From Candidatus Thorarchaeota archaeon (GTDB lineage: Archaea > Asgardarchaeota > Thorarchaeia > Thorarchaeales > Thorarchaeaceae): a stretch of 64,000 nt of DNA. The stretch is from assembly GCA_016933575.1 (NCBI GenBank), contig JAFGAR010000028.1:231672-295671 (forward strand), in the 5' to 3' direction. Positions 39,783 to 49,446 of the stretch are shown here, in pieces. A model generated the notes under the pieces. It made no database searches, had not been told where the DNA came from, and was given only the letters and a program-made list of their open reading frames with translations. The number at the start of each line of letters is the position of its first letter. The stretch's first letter is position 1. The position numbers and the translations under genes were made by a program.

Positions 39783-40688
39783 CTATCTATGCACTCTTCG
39801 ATAGAGGACAGCAACTGCTAATACAGCTATAATTCCTCCAGATGACACAACAGCAATCAAAGTGAAATCATTTGGTGACTCAACATAAGAGGTTTCGACC
39901 AACCATTTTGACACCCGAAACATAAGCTCCCACTCTGAATCTGGATCAGTAAGATCATCACCAAATGTGGTATCATCTCGATCATCGTCTTCCTCATATT
40001 CAGGATGGGGACTTGAGAGAAAGACGGTCCCATTTCCATACGGGAATGCAATCATTCCAGCTCTGCCATTAGATTCGTAAGTTGCGATGGTCTGAATCGA
40101 ACTCTCAAATCCATATCTAGGAGAGAAGTACTGAGAATTATAATACATAGTTGTGAAATTCTCAGTCAGATTAGAGAGATCGGGTCCAGTAGAAGAGAGA
40201 TTGACGTGCATGAGTGTTGAATGTATTATCAGACCTGGTTCATCCACTGGACTAATAAAACCGTTGAAGAGCCGAAGGTATGTCACTCCAAATGTTGAAC
40301 CACCGCATATACCAAAGTATGAACCACCACCTGCAACGAAATCCTTTATTTTCTGTTTTCCATCACTATCAAGTTCGGTACTCGCAGTACCTTCCGATCC
40401 TCCTGGAATAACAAAGATATCATATTGACTAAGCTGGTCCGCGAGGATTTCAGATGCTGTGATATTGGCAACTGTCGCATTCATCCACTCATACATTCTT
40501 GTAAGTGCGATTCGGCTGGATCCCATCACACCATTGCCATTGTATATTGCCACTCTAACACCTGCAAGGTCATCAAGTTCCAATTGAGCAGTGGATGATA
40601 TTGGTGACATAAAGAGCAGGAACAGAGTTGAGAGTATACACAAACATAGAATACTTCGACTGCGAAACTCTCTCATTCTCCACCTCAT
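39783..40688 (-). CDS. Secreted, membrane-anchored BPL-N (class I glutamine amidotransferase-like) domain protein
   Basis: Signal peptide, RVAIYNGNG, FVIPGG, YFGICGG, SSPHPE, C-terminal TM plus RRVHR. Confidence 0.8.
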   Translation of the reverse strand: MRWRMREFRSRSILCLCILSTLFLLFMSPISSTAQLELDDLAGVRVAIYNGNGVMGSSRIALTRMYEWMNATVANITASEILADQLSQYDIFVIPGGSEGTASTELDSDGKQKIKDFVAGGGSYFGICGGSTFGVTYLRLFNGFISPVDEPGLIIHSTLMHVNLSSTGPDLSNLTENFTTMYYNSQYFSPRYGFESSIQTIATYESNGRAGMIAFPYGNGTVFLSSPHPEYEEDDDRDDTTFGDDLTDPDSEWELMFRVSKWLVETSYVESPNDFTLIAVVSSGGIIAVLAVAVLYRRVHR

Positions 40689-40912
40689 GACAAATCACCT
40701 TATTGATAATAGTAATCTGATGATGTTTGAAATATAACGTTACATTTCCACGCAGGAACTAGCTCAAAAAGGATTGAAGCAAACAAAAGAAAGATGGACG
40801 GAAAAGATCTACTTTCAGAAATGAATCTAGGACTGATACTAATGTCCGACTTAGAATTGCTTTCGGAAAATAAATAAGAAAGCTAAACTATCTTTTATAC
40901 TAATATTGGAGC

Positions 40913-41302
40913 GTGGTTAAGATAGCTGATATACCGAAAATTGCAAAGTATGTATTCTTGCTACACTTCATCGCCGCCTTAGTATTTGGAGCCCTATGGT
41001 TCCTTATGCCTGAATATTGGAACACATTGACTGGATGGCCAAATGAGGTCGCATCAGGTAGGATAGTAGGAATGGCTACACTCATGGTGAGTATTGGCTC
41101 ATTTCTAGCCTATCAGAAGACGACCTGGGAACAGGTAGAGATCTATGTCATCATGGAACTTGTCTACAACATACTGGGTGCAATAGCTATGTTGTGGAAC
41201 ATGCTTACTATATCATTACCGATAGTTGGTTGGATGCTCATCGGACTCCTTGCACTCTTCTCAGTCTTATTCCTGTATGTCTTCTTTACTGCAAGAGGAT
41301 AG
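40913..41302 (+). CDS. Hypothetical membrane protein (4 TM)
   Basis: 129 aa with four hydrophobic segments. Confidence 0.75.
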   Translation: MVKIADIPKIAKYVFLLHFIAALVFGALWFLMPEYWNTLTGWPNEVASGRIVGMATLMVSIGSFLAYQKTTWEQVEIYVIMELVYNILGAIAMLWNMLTISLPIVGWMLIGLLALFSVLFLYVFFTARG

Positions 41303-41415
41303 AAACATTAGTGTAGTAAGGGGCAATGGCGAATATACGCCAATTAAGAGGATAGACCATATTTTATCAGGCTAAGATTCAAAAATTACAATTCACTATT
41401 GATCGCAAATGAATC

Positions 41416-42780
41416 TCAATGTCGTTTTATGCATTCAAAGATTATGAAGTGAGTCCACCTATCTGCATCAAATGATAGGTGACGAGGATTCTGTTGAATG
41501 ACCTCTGGAGTAGGGCGTGGCTCTAAAATCTCAGAGATTACAAAGCCTGCACTCTTCAGAGCCTTGCTGTATTCCTCAAGAGTACGCATGAACTGCCAAG
41601 TAGGATTCTCCATCCAGTCGATCCGTTCGCCACCAGAATCAAAGTAGCGGTCTATCATCTTGAGATATCTCTCTTCATTTCTTGGTGAATCCCTCGGCAA
41701 TCTAGGATCTATGGCACCAGCTGTACGACCAAACACAGGATGAACATTTGACCAGATGAATCGACCATCATCCTTCAGAACCCGTGCTATTTCTTTGAAA
41801 GCAGTTTTGTAGTCTAAAACATCCACCATCACAACATTCGATATAACAATGTCGAACATTTTGGACTCGAAGTTGTTCATATCAGTCAACGACATCTCAT
41901 AGAAATCACATCCGAGGTTTAGCTCAGATTCGACCCTCTTGCAGTATTTTATGAACGGCCTCGAATAGTCAACTCCAACTGCATTTGCACCCTTAGAAGC
42001 CAGCTTCCTCGTAAAATATCCATTGCCACATCCAGCATCAAGAACATGTAGATCTTTTACATCCCCAAGTAGAGACCACAGAGCTGGATCGATGATTAGC
42101 TGTCGATTGAGATCCCCTTCAGTTAGCTGAGTCCATTGTTCAGTATTCGTTTCCCAGGACTCCCTCGCTTCAGGCAGATCTATTTCTTCATCAGGAACAG
42201 CACTCCTAAGTACCTTGAATTGCGTGATTTTCAAGTCTTCTCTGAGTTGTAAGACCCGGCTAGGTAGCTTGAGAGCTTCAACAAGTTCCAGCTTGATCCC
42301 AGCCCTTTGCTTCGTTGGCGACCAGATTGGCGTCCAAGGTTTTTGTGCATCAATGCATGATCTTACCGTTTGATGTCCCAACTGCCAGGGATGTTGACCT
42401 TGAAATTCTGCATAGAAAAGGTCAACATGGTGTTCTCCACATTCTTCGCAGTAGAACTCGTATGCATAGGTTCGATCCCAGAATGCAACGGGTTTCAGTG
42501 TGGGCTTGTTGCAGTCACCACACACTAGTTCTTCTTTTTGAGGGCACCAGTAGAGCCAGCTAAAGTGATGTTGGTTCCCACATCTCGAACAGGAAAATCG
42601 AGAATGCCACGCGCATCGAAAAATATACTTCTCAAATGTGTAGATACCATCTCTTGTTGGGTATCCTTGCTCTTTTTCCACAGCACTAATCCTCTCACAA
42701 TAGTAGCAGGGTTGACGTTCAGCAGGCTTGTAGAATCGCATAGCTGATAACACATGCATTATCTTTTCAGTGTTTACCAT
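41416..42780 (-). CDS. Class I SAM-dependent methyltransferase with a Cys/His-rich N-terminal zinc-binding region
   Basis: VLDAGCGNG, GVDYS, FDIVISN and IARVLKDDGRF motifs; N-terminal CYYC, CAWH, CSRC..HH, CGDC, CEEC..HH. Confidence 0.85.
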   Translation of the reverse strand: MVNTEKIMHVLSAMRFYKPAERQPCYYCERISAVEKEQGYPTRDGIYTFEKYIFRCAWHSRFSCSRCGNQHHFSWLYWCPQKEELVCGDCNKPTLKPVAFWDRTYAYEFYCEECGEHHVDLFYAEFQGQHPWQLGHQTVRSCIDAQKPWTPIWSPTKQRAGIKLELVEALKLPSRVLQLREDLKITQFKVLRSAVPDEEIDLPEARESWETNTEQWTQLTEGDLNRQLIIDPALWSLLGDVKDLHVLDAGCGNGYFTRKLASKGANAVGVDYSRPFIKYCKRVESELNLGCDFYEMSLTDMNNFESKMFDIVISNVVMVDVLDYKTAFKEIARVLKDDGRFIWSNVHPVFGRTAGAIDPRLPRDSPRNEERYLKMIDRYFDSGGERIDWMENPTWQFMRTLEEYSKALKSAGFVISEILEPRPTPEVIQQNPRHLSFDADRWTHFIIFECIKRH

Positions 42781-42877
42781 TCATGATAGTTCAGTTGGTT
42801 TTTATCTCCGATTTCATTATTGGTACAATGCATATTGACTAAGGTTTCAAAAAGAGTACAATAGTTGGTAGCCAAAA

Positions 42878-44362
42878 ATGACGGAGACAGATGATAGTTT
42901 CAATGATGAGTTCCCTGCTAATTTCGATGAACGATTACCTGTCAAGTCAAAACTAGCCTTTGGTCTATCTCAGGCCTCGATGAACCTTCTTCAAATGATT
43001 GCCCTAGGGTCAGCTATCACGTTCTACTATAACATAAAACTTGGTCTAAGCGAAGAATGGATCTCCCTTGCTTGGTTGATATTCGCATTTTGGAATGCTC
43101 TCAATGATCCCCTCTTTGGCATTCTTCAAGAGAGAATCGATACAGAGATGGGTAGACGTATCCCTGTCTTGCGATTTGGCTCTCTCTTCTATGCACTTAC
43201 TTTCATCATCTGCTGGTTTCCATTTATGGGGAATACACAAATTGCGTTATTCTGGAATTTAGTGCTGGTTCTGTTTTTGTTTGATTCGATGTTTACAATG
43301 CTTGGATTAGTCCAGACAGCTTTACCCGCGGAGATGTGCATCACTCAAGAAGCAAGATCGAATCTCAGTCTGTACAATGTTATTCTCGGTTCACTCGGAG
43401 GCATGGTTGCAATGGTTCTACCATTAATCTTGCTAACCGATGAAACATCGACTGAGCTCAATCCGTTCTTCCAACCTGCAATGGTGTTTCTCGCAGTAGT
43501 TGCTGGCTCTGTTCTATTCGTAGCAAGTTTTGCATTGACTGAGAATGAATATGCAAGAAAAGAGGAATCATTTGGTTTCATTGAATCTATGATTAAGACA
43601 ATCAAGAACAAGGAATTTCTGGCATTTGAAGCCATGAACTTCTTCCATGAAATGGCATTTACTATTGTCACAGGTTCTATGATATACTACGTACAATACG
43701 TAGTCGTGTTACGGGGACTTTTGGCTTCTATTCCATTAATCATTGTTTTTCTCTTTATGCTGATCTTTAGTTTCCTGGCTGATAGGATGGTGAAAAAACG
43801 GGGTTTAAAGCAGGTCTATATTCTTGGACTGATAATATCCAGTATAGGGTTGATTATTCTCTTCTTTGCTGGAGATTGGTTACCTCTGGTCATTATTAGC
43901 CTTGTAGTAGTAGGAATAGGCTTTGGTCCTGTAACATTGATATGGTCGCCATTGTTAGCAGACGTAATAGATTATGATGAAATTTCGACTGGGAAGAGAC
44001 GTGAAACAACATATGCTGGCATGAACGCTTTACTTACAAAGCCAGCAATCTCAATAGCGAATGCAATATTCTTGCTTGTCATCAGCGGATATGGATTTGA
44101 TAATACCCTAATTATCCAACCCGATTCAGCAATATTTGGGATACGACTAGGATTCACGTTGTTCACTGCATTATATTTCATAATCAGCACATTTGCATTC
44201 TGGAAATGGTATAATCTAGATGGGGAAGAGTGGCTAGCTAAAAAGACTGAATTAGGAAAAATCCACATTCAGAAAGAGAAGGAATATATTGCCAAGCTGC
44301 AGAATGAAGGGAAGATATCAAAGGTGTACCAAAAGCTCTATCGAGAGCAGCAAGAGTCCTAA
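42878..44362 (+). CDS. MFS transporter, glycoside-pentoside-hexuronide (MelB-like) family
   Basis: WNALNDPLFG, MGRRIP and LADVIDYDEISTGKRRE motifs; about 12 TM. Confidence 0.9.
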   Translation: MTETDDSFNDEFPANFDERLPVKSKLAFGLSQASMNLLQMIALGSAITFYYNIKLGLSEEWISLAWLIFAFWNALNDPLFGILQERIDTEMGRRIPVLRFGSLFYALTFIICWFPFMGNTQIALFWNLVLVLFLFDSMFTMLGLVQTALPAEMCITQEARSNLSLYNVILGSLGGMVAMVLPLILLTDETSTELNPFFQPAMVFLAVVAGSVLFVASFALTENEYARKEESFGFIESMIKTIKNKEFLAFEAMNFFHEMAFTIVTGSMIYYVQYVVVLRGLLASIPLIIVFLFMLIFSFLADRMVKKRGLKQVYILGLIISSIGLIILFFAGDWLPLVIISLVVVGIGFGPVTLIWSPLLADVIDYDEISTGKRRETTYAGMNALLTKPAISIANAIFLLVISGYGFDNTLIIQPDSAIFGIRLGFTLFTALYFIISTFAFWKWYNLDGEEWLAKKTELGKIHIQKEKEYIAKLQNEGKISKVYQKLYREQQES

Positions 44363-44422
44363 TATGGATCTTTCACTCATAATCCTAGAAAAAGAACTGG
44401 ATTACTGAGAAAAACTACATCT

Positions 44423-45331
44423 TCACTTTTGGGACGGAATTACTGTAATAGCAATGTTCCCTTTCTTGTGACCTGTATCAGCATATGAATGAGCATCAGT
44501 AATTTGATTAAATGTATATATTCTATCGATAATAGGTCTGATCTTTCCCCTTTCAATTAGGTCCTTTAGTAATAATAGATTCTCTTGTGTTTCCTTTGTT
44601 GTAGACCTTACGGTGAGAAATGCGCCATTTTCTCTCAATACATTTTTACAGAGTGATCGTGAAATTTTTCCAACTGCATCAAAAATGACATCATAAGACT
44701 TTCCATTCTTGGTAAAGTCATCTTGGGTATAATCAATTGTTTCATCAGCCCCAATCTCTTTCACCCATTTTAGATTTCTAGTACTGCATACTCCTGTTAC
44801 ATTTGCGCCAAAGTACTTTGCAAGCTGCACTGCATACGAACCTACACTACCAGATGCTCCATAGATCAACACATTCTGCTCCGCTTGAAGACTCCCAGTT
44901 TTTAGAATATGTAAAGCTGTATTTCCACCAATGGGAATTGCTGCAGCTTCCTCAAAGGTCAGATTCGCTGGCATCATAGCAATCATGCTGTCTTCAGAAA
45001 CGCAGATGAACTCCGCATATGCACCTCCTTTCATTCCTGTAGATCCAAAGACTTGATCTCCTGGTTGATATTGAGATACTTCATCACCAACAGATTCCAC
45101 GACACCAGCAAACTCATGGCCTAATACCTTGTTTTTACCCAATCCACCCATAAACAGACCCATTATCCATCTGAGAGGTAACTTCATTCTTCGAAGCATT
45201 GCGTCTCCTGCAGTTACGCTTGTAGCATGTATTCTAACACAGACCTCATTTTCTTTTGGAATGGATTTGTCTAGATCTACAAATTTGAGTCCTTCAGGGG
45301 GACCGTATCTGGAAACAACAATGGCTTTCAT
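44423..45331 (-). CDS. Zn-independent MDR / NAD(P)-dependent quinone oxidoreductase-like protein
   Basis: MKAIV..YGPP, LGHEFAG, IYGASGSVG, GHKKGN. Confidence 0.9.
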   Translation of the reverse strand: MKAIVVSRYGPPEGLKFVDLDKSIPKENEVCVRIHATSVTAGDAMLRRMKLPLRWIMGLFMGGLGKNKVLGHEFAGVVESVGDEVSQYQPGDQVFGSTGMKGGAYAEFICVSEDSMIAMMPANLTFEEAAAIPIGGNTALHILKTGSLQAEQNVLIYGASGSVGSYAVQLAKYFGANVTGVCSTRNLKWVKEIGADETIDYTQDDFTKNGKSYDVIFDAVGKISRSLCKNVLRENGAFLTVRSTTKETQENLLLLKDLIERGKIRPIIDRIYTFNQITDAHSYADTGHKKGNIAITVIPSQK

Positions 45332-45349
45332 AGCAAAACGCAACTACCT

Positions 45350-45847
45350 TCAGTTCTCAGAAAATACAGTCTGACCTTTATCAGTGTATTCGACGAGACC
45401 TAACTGTCTAAGGAACTCGATAGAGTCATCTACTTCTCGCCCCTCAACTAACTTTCCATCGATAACTCGCCAGATGAAGACCATCTCCATCTCGACTTTG
45501 TTACCTGTTGGAGGTAGAGGAACCCCGAATAGATTCCAATCGCCATTATGTGTCCCAGTAGCCTTCACTCGAACCCAAACTCTATCATCTTCAGCGATCA
45601 TCTCTTGAATCTCCTCGTACCAATCTGGAAACCCTTCGAAAGCCATGGTGAACAAACGCTTGAAATCCTCTCGACCCTTCGTTTGATGTGTATGATCAAT
45701 GTAATCAGGTATTACTAATTCATCAAACACGTCCAGGTCTCTGTTATTATAAGCCTCAATGAATTTGCGGATTACTGCTTTATTCATATCTGACGAATTC
45801 AAAAGTTCTTCTTTATTTGTATCAACAACTGTCAATAAAACACCCAA
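45350..45847 (-). CDS. SnoaL-like ester cyclase (NTF2 fold)
   Basis: GFPDW, MIAEDDRV, TGTHNG ... PPTGNKV, LRQLG. The true start may be ATG 45787. Confidence 0.88.
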   Translation of the reverse strand: MGVLLTVVDTNKEELLNSSDMNKAVIRKFIEAYNNRDLDVFDELVIPDYIDHTHQTKGREDFKRLFTMAFEGFPDWYEEIQEMIAEDDRVWVRVKATGTHNGDWNLFGVPLPPTGNKVEMEMVFIWRVIDGKLVEGREVDDSIEFLRQLGLVEYTDKGQTVFSEN

Positions 45848-45850
45848 TAT

Positions 45851-45864
45851 TTAACTATAGTTAA
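45851..45864. promoter_or_regulatory. Perfect 14-bp palindrome upstream of the SnoaL/MDR genes
   Basis: TTAACTATAGTTAA in an AT-rich promoter-like region. Confidence 0.4.
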
Positions 45865-46057
45865 TATTATATAATTATTTGGTTCGTGGCGGATTAAAGG
45901 TGTCACAATTAATCAATAGATTAAGAGGAATATCGAAACTACAACATAGGTTCTGTCCGGATGGGTACGAGAATACATAGAAACAATGTTTCTGTTGATT
46001 AATTCGGATGCGATAGCTCATTATTCTCATATCTTCGATCTATATAGAAATTGATCC

Positions 46058-46105
46058 TTACCTTATTTTCTCAACAAATGCTTCAAGATCAGTCTGCTTC
46101 AGAGC
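46058..46105 (-). pseudogene. Remnant of a flavodoxin C-terminus
   Basis: Translates as QTDLEAFVEKIR*, matching the end SADLQAFIEKVK* of the intact flavodoxin at 46701. Confidence 0.55.
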
Positions 46106-46151
46106 TTGAGTGAAGCATCTCATTATTCCTTGAATCAGACCAGAGTCAATA

Positions 46152-46649
46152 CTATCCTTGGAGTAGAATGTAAACAATGTAACTAAGAATGCCAAGAGCA
46201 GAGATAGAGAGAATGGTGATAGGTAAGCCTGAATCTTTTGCTACAATATAGCTCCATATTGCTTTGAAAAAGAATCCAAAAATAAGAATAGCAGCACCTA
46301 ATATCAAATCCTGAAACCAGAGTACCCAGGTGAAGATACCTAGAAAGACAAAAATCATGCCAAATGGAACTACCTTTTTGTAAGTCCAAGGTGGTGTTAC
46401 ATACTCCTTCTCAATTTCAAGAAACTTTAGTACCCATCTGGGAGATTCCTTCGGTTCAGGAAACCAGAACCAACTTGTCGCTAAACCAAAGACACAGAAC
46501 AAAACAATCCAGATGTTTTGAATCCACGCACCATAGAACCACACAATACCAAAGACGGGTCTAAGAACCCAACTAATTGGGTTTCTGTGACGTTTCCACA
46601 ATTTTTCGAAAAGACCGTCTGCATCCATTGAAATCAATTCACCAATCAA
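46152..46649 (-). CDS. Membrane protein (DUF6653-like)
   Basis: WKRHRNPISWVLRP ... WFPEP motif and several TM segments. Confidence 0.75.
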   Translation of the reverse strand: MIGELISMDADGLFEKLWKRHRNPISWVLRPVFGIVWFYGAWIQNIWIVLFCVFGLATSWFWFPEPKESPRWVLKFLEIEKEYVTPPWTYKKVVPFGMIFVFLGIFTWVLWFQDLILGAAILIFGFFFKAIWSYIVAKDSGLPITILSISALGILSYIVYILLQG

Positions 46650-46700
46650 TTTGTTTCCGAAGCAATGAAGATATGGTAATATAACACTGTTCAGATATAA

Positions 46701-47168
46701 CTACTTGACCTTCTCAATAAAAGCTTGAAGATCAGCACTATAGTCCTCATTCTTGAAGCGGTCCTCTCGAATACCAAAATTCCCGATATGCTCAGAATTT
46801 GGAATCAAAGCAACTTGCTGAGGAAACACCTCATTGAATCCATCACTTTTGGCACAGATGAAGAATGCAACACGTTTTCCAGACAGGTCAACATTTTGCA
46901 GATATGTACGAATTGGTGGAATAGGATTGCCAGCCCAAATGGGAGCTCCGATGATTATTGTATCATAATCCTGTGGATTCTTTTTGAACTCGATCTCTGT
47001 GAGATTCCCACTCATTGAGTCTCGTCCAGCTAGAAGCCAGCCAACTTTTCCCTGACGTTTCTTCTTATCAATAATCTCATCAATATCAGCAGAAAGCAAC
47101 TTAGCAATTTGCTCTGCAATAGCTCTATTATTACCAGTTCTAGAATAGTATGCAACAAGATAGGTCAT
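46701..47168 (-). CDS. Flavodoxin family protein
   Basis: YYSRTGNN FMN loop, YDTIIIGAPIWAG, GKRVAFF. Confidence 0.9.
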   Translation of the reverse strand: MTYLVAYYSRTGNNRAIAEQIAKLLSADIDEIIDKKKRQGKVGWLLAGRDSMSGNLTEIEFKKNPQDYDTIIIGAPIWAGNPIPPIRTYLQNVDLSGKRVAFFICAKSDGFNEVFPQQVALIPNSEHIGNFGIREDRFKNEDYSADLQAFIEKVK

Positions 47169-47239
47169 ATAATCACAAGAGGATTTCTATGAATATAGCT
47201 ATAAAAATTAGTTGACATCATCTAGCTGATAATGTTGCT

Positions 47240-47719
47240 TTGATATCGGAGCTTATTATCTGGATTCGATTGATTTTTCCTATGAAAAAAACATACCCTG
47301 AAAAAATGACATTTTCTGAAGTCTGGCCGCTGTTTGAGAAGGGGGGACTGATTCATCTCTCAACAGTTGATGGAAACCATCCACGAGTGAGGATAGTGTC
47401 TGTGAATGTCTTTGACAAGAAACTCTGGGTTGTTACTCGATCAGGAGATGATAAAGTCACTCAAATCCGTAAGAATCCTAACATCGAGTTTACACTTGCA
47501 GTTCAAGGAAAAGAACGAACAGGATGTCTAAGAGTGACTGGTACGGCAAGTATTATAGAAGACCAACAGGTTCGTAATGATGTCGCGTCTTCAGTGCCCT
47601 GGTTTTCAGGATATTGGGAATCTTGTGAAGATCCAAATTTTACTCTCATCAGACTTGATATGAAAAAGGTACTCTTCGACCATCATGAAACTAGTTCCAA
47701 GTATACTATAGCAATATGA
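47240..47719 (+). CDS. Pyridoxamine 5'-phosphate oxidase-like FMN-binding protein
   Basis: LSTVDGNHPRVR, KVTQIRKNPNIE and WESCEDPNF motifs. The true start is probably ATG 47282 or 47306. Confidence 0.85.
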   Translation: MISELIIWIRLIFPMKKTYPEKMTFSEVWPLFEKGGLIHLSTVDGNHPRVRIVSVNVFDKKLWVVTRSGDDKVTQIRKNPNIEFTLAVQGKERTGCLRVTGTASIIEDQQVRNDVASSVPWFSGYWESCEDPNFTLIRLDMKKVLFDHHETSSKYTIAI

Positions 47720-47781
47720 AATGAAATAACCAGTATTTGCTTTGTTATTACGGGATTAATTGAGGGTAAAAAATGTGAAGA

Positions 47782-48789
47782 TCAGTTCGCGTCACCGATA
47801 TCATGATTCACGGAAATGACAACATTTCCAATTTTTTCCCCACTCTCAACATAGATATGAGCAGCAGCCACCTGTTCAAGAGGGAAGGTTCTATCGATAA
47901 TGACTTTTAGCTTTCCAGACTCGATTGACTCCTTAAGGAAGATAAGATCAGCAGTATCGTAGTCTGCTGAACCTCCTACTATTCTCTTACTACTACTTAT
48001 CCTTGTCCATAGCATGCGGAGGCTTTTAGATAGGTTGAGATTCCCTAACAAATAAACTCCATCCTCCATTAGAGACCTCATACAACCAGAATATGATGCT
48101 TTGCCAACAATGTCGAAAATTGCATCGTACTTTTTACCACTCTTGGTGAAGTCTACTTGAGTATAATCAATAACAAAATCGGCTCCAATTGAACGTAGCA
48201 TATCCAGTTTGTTTGTACTATCTACAGCTGTTACCTCAACTCCTAGCGATTTGGCAAGCTGAATTGCTATAGTTCCAATACTACCGCCAGCACCATTTAT
48301 CAATAATGTCTGACCACTCTGGAGATTACCTTGTTTGATAAAATGCAGTGCATTTAAGCCCCCCACAGGAACTGCAGCAGCCTCTTCAAATGTTAAATTG
48401 TTGGGTTTCATTGCTAAGGGTCCATCTTCAGGTAGTGAGATGTACTCGGCATATGTGCCAAATTGAAAATCCTCAGTAGCACCAAAGACGAGGTCACCCT
48501 TCTTAAACAGGGTCACATCATTTCCAACTTCTTCTATTTCGCCAGCTAATTCTTGTCCCAATATCGTCACTCGTTTAGGTTTTCTCAGACCAGTGTAGAG
48601 CCGTATGAAGAACCCTAGACCAAATGGAAACGTAAGTGTTCGCATCTCACAGTCCCCTGCTGTGACTGTAGTTGCATGAATTTTTACTAAGACCTCGTTA
48701 GCTTTGGGTTGCGGTCGTTCAACCTCTCCCATCTGAAGACCATCTGGGGGTCCATACTTTGTCCAAACAACTGCTTTCATGATATTCAA
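47782..48789 (-). CDS. Zn-independent MDR / NAD(P)-dependent oxidoreductase, paralog of 44423-45331
   Basis: MKAVVWTKYGPPDGL, LGQELAG, INGAGGSIG, GEKIGN. Confidence 0.9.
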   Translation of the reverse strand: MNIMKAVVWTKYGPPDGLQMGEVERPQPKANEVLVKIHATTVTAGDCEMRTLTFPFGLGFFIRLYTGLRKPKRVTILGQELAGEIEEVGNDVTLFKKGDLVFGATEDFQFGTYAEYISLPEDGPLAMKPNNLTFEEAAAVPVGGLNALHFIKQGNLQSGQTLLINGAGGSIGTIAIQLAKSLGVEVTAVDSTNKLDMLRSIGADFVIDYTQVDFTKSGKKYDAIFDIVGKASYSGCMRSLMEDGVYLLGNLNLSKSLRMLWTRISSSKRIVGGSADYDTADLIFLKESIESGKLKVIIDRTFPLEQVAAAHIYVESGEKIGNVVISVNHDIGDAN

Positions 48790-48898
48790 AACCTTCCTGT
48801 TATGTATAGAGTTTTGTATTTAATCTGGTCGCGAAACAGATTATAACAAATCATACAACCATTTCTGTATCTATACCAAAAAATACAAGGAAAAGAAG

Positions 48899-48917
48899 GG
48901 GAACCAATAAGGTTCCC
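48899..48917 (-). terminator. Hairpin downstream of the 48929-49297 gene
   Basis: gggaacc-aataa-ggttccc, followed on the minus strand by cttcttttcc. Confidence 0.55.
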
Positions 48918-48928
48918 TGATAATGATT

Positions 48929-49297
48929 TCATTGTTCAGATTCTAATAGAAGACCTGGTAGAAGTATGAGTAAACCAAGCAGGTTAAACCCTACTAGAAG
49001 TTGTATTATGCCAAGAAATGTGAATCCAGTTCTATGGTTCATTGGATTCTTTCTCCACATGAAGATGATGGCAAAATAGATAATCTCGATAATCGCAATA
49101 GCCCAGATAACGCTAGGGATGACAAGCGGATAGGCTTGAAGGAATGCTAGAGCTGTAGGATCGGAAATGAATGATCCTAGGTCAATGAATTCGAATGCGA
49201 GTGTGAAAGCAATCGCACCTGCAACTGTTGCAATAATCATAAGGACTATGAAGATCAGAGCAAACCACAGAATTCTTTGTGCAGTTTCTGTTCTCAT
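48929..49297 (-). CDS. Hypothetical membrane protein (3 TM)
   Basis: 122 aa, hydrophobic, with a GGAGAG RBS-like sequence upstream. Confidence 0.75.
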   Translation of the reverse strand: MRTETAQRILWFALIFIVLMIIATVAGAIAFTLAFEFIDLGSFISDPTALAFLQAYPLVIPSVIWAIAIIEIIYFAIIFMWRKNPMNHRTGFTFLGIIQLLVGFNLLGLLILLPGLLLESEQ

Positions 49298-49317
49298 TTT
49301 TCTCTCTCCGTTTATGA

Positions 49318-49366
49318 GTTACATTTTGTAACCCATTCATACAGGGTTATGATAACTGTATCATAA
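49318..49366. promoter_or_regulatory. Two palindromic operator-like sites upstream of 49297
   Basis: GTTACA-ttt-TGTAAC (49318-49332) and TTATGATA-actg-TATCATAA (49347-49366). Confidence 0.45.
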
Positions 49367-49446
49367 GTATTCCTAAAGGGGATGCGAATTCAGGAAGTTT
49401 GTGAGATATTATTCACGTGAAATTCGCTAAGTATTATCTTATTTCA

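Noticed and set aside
39446-39814. 122-aa minus-strand ORF
   Set aside because: It overlaps tRNA-Cys and the ends of two better-supported genes; spurious.
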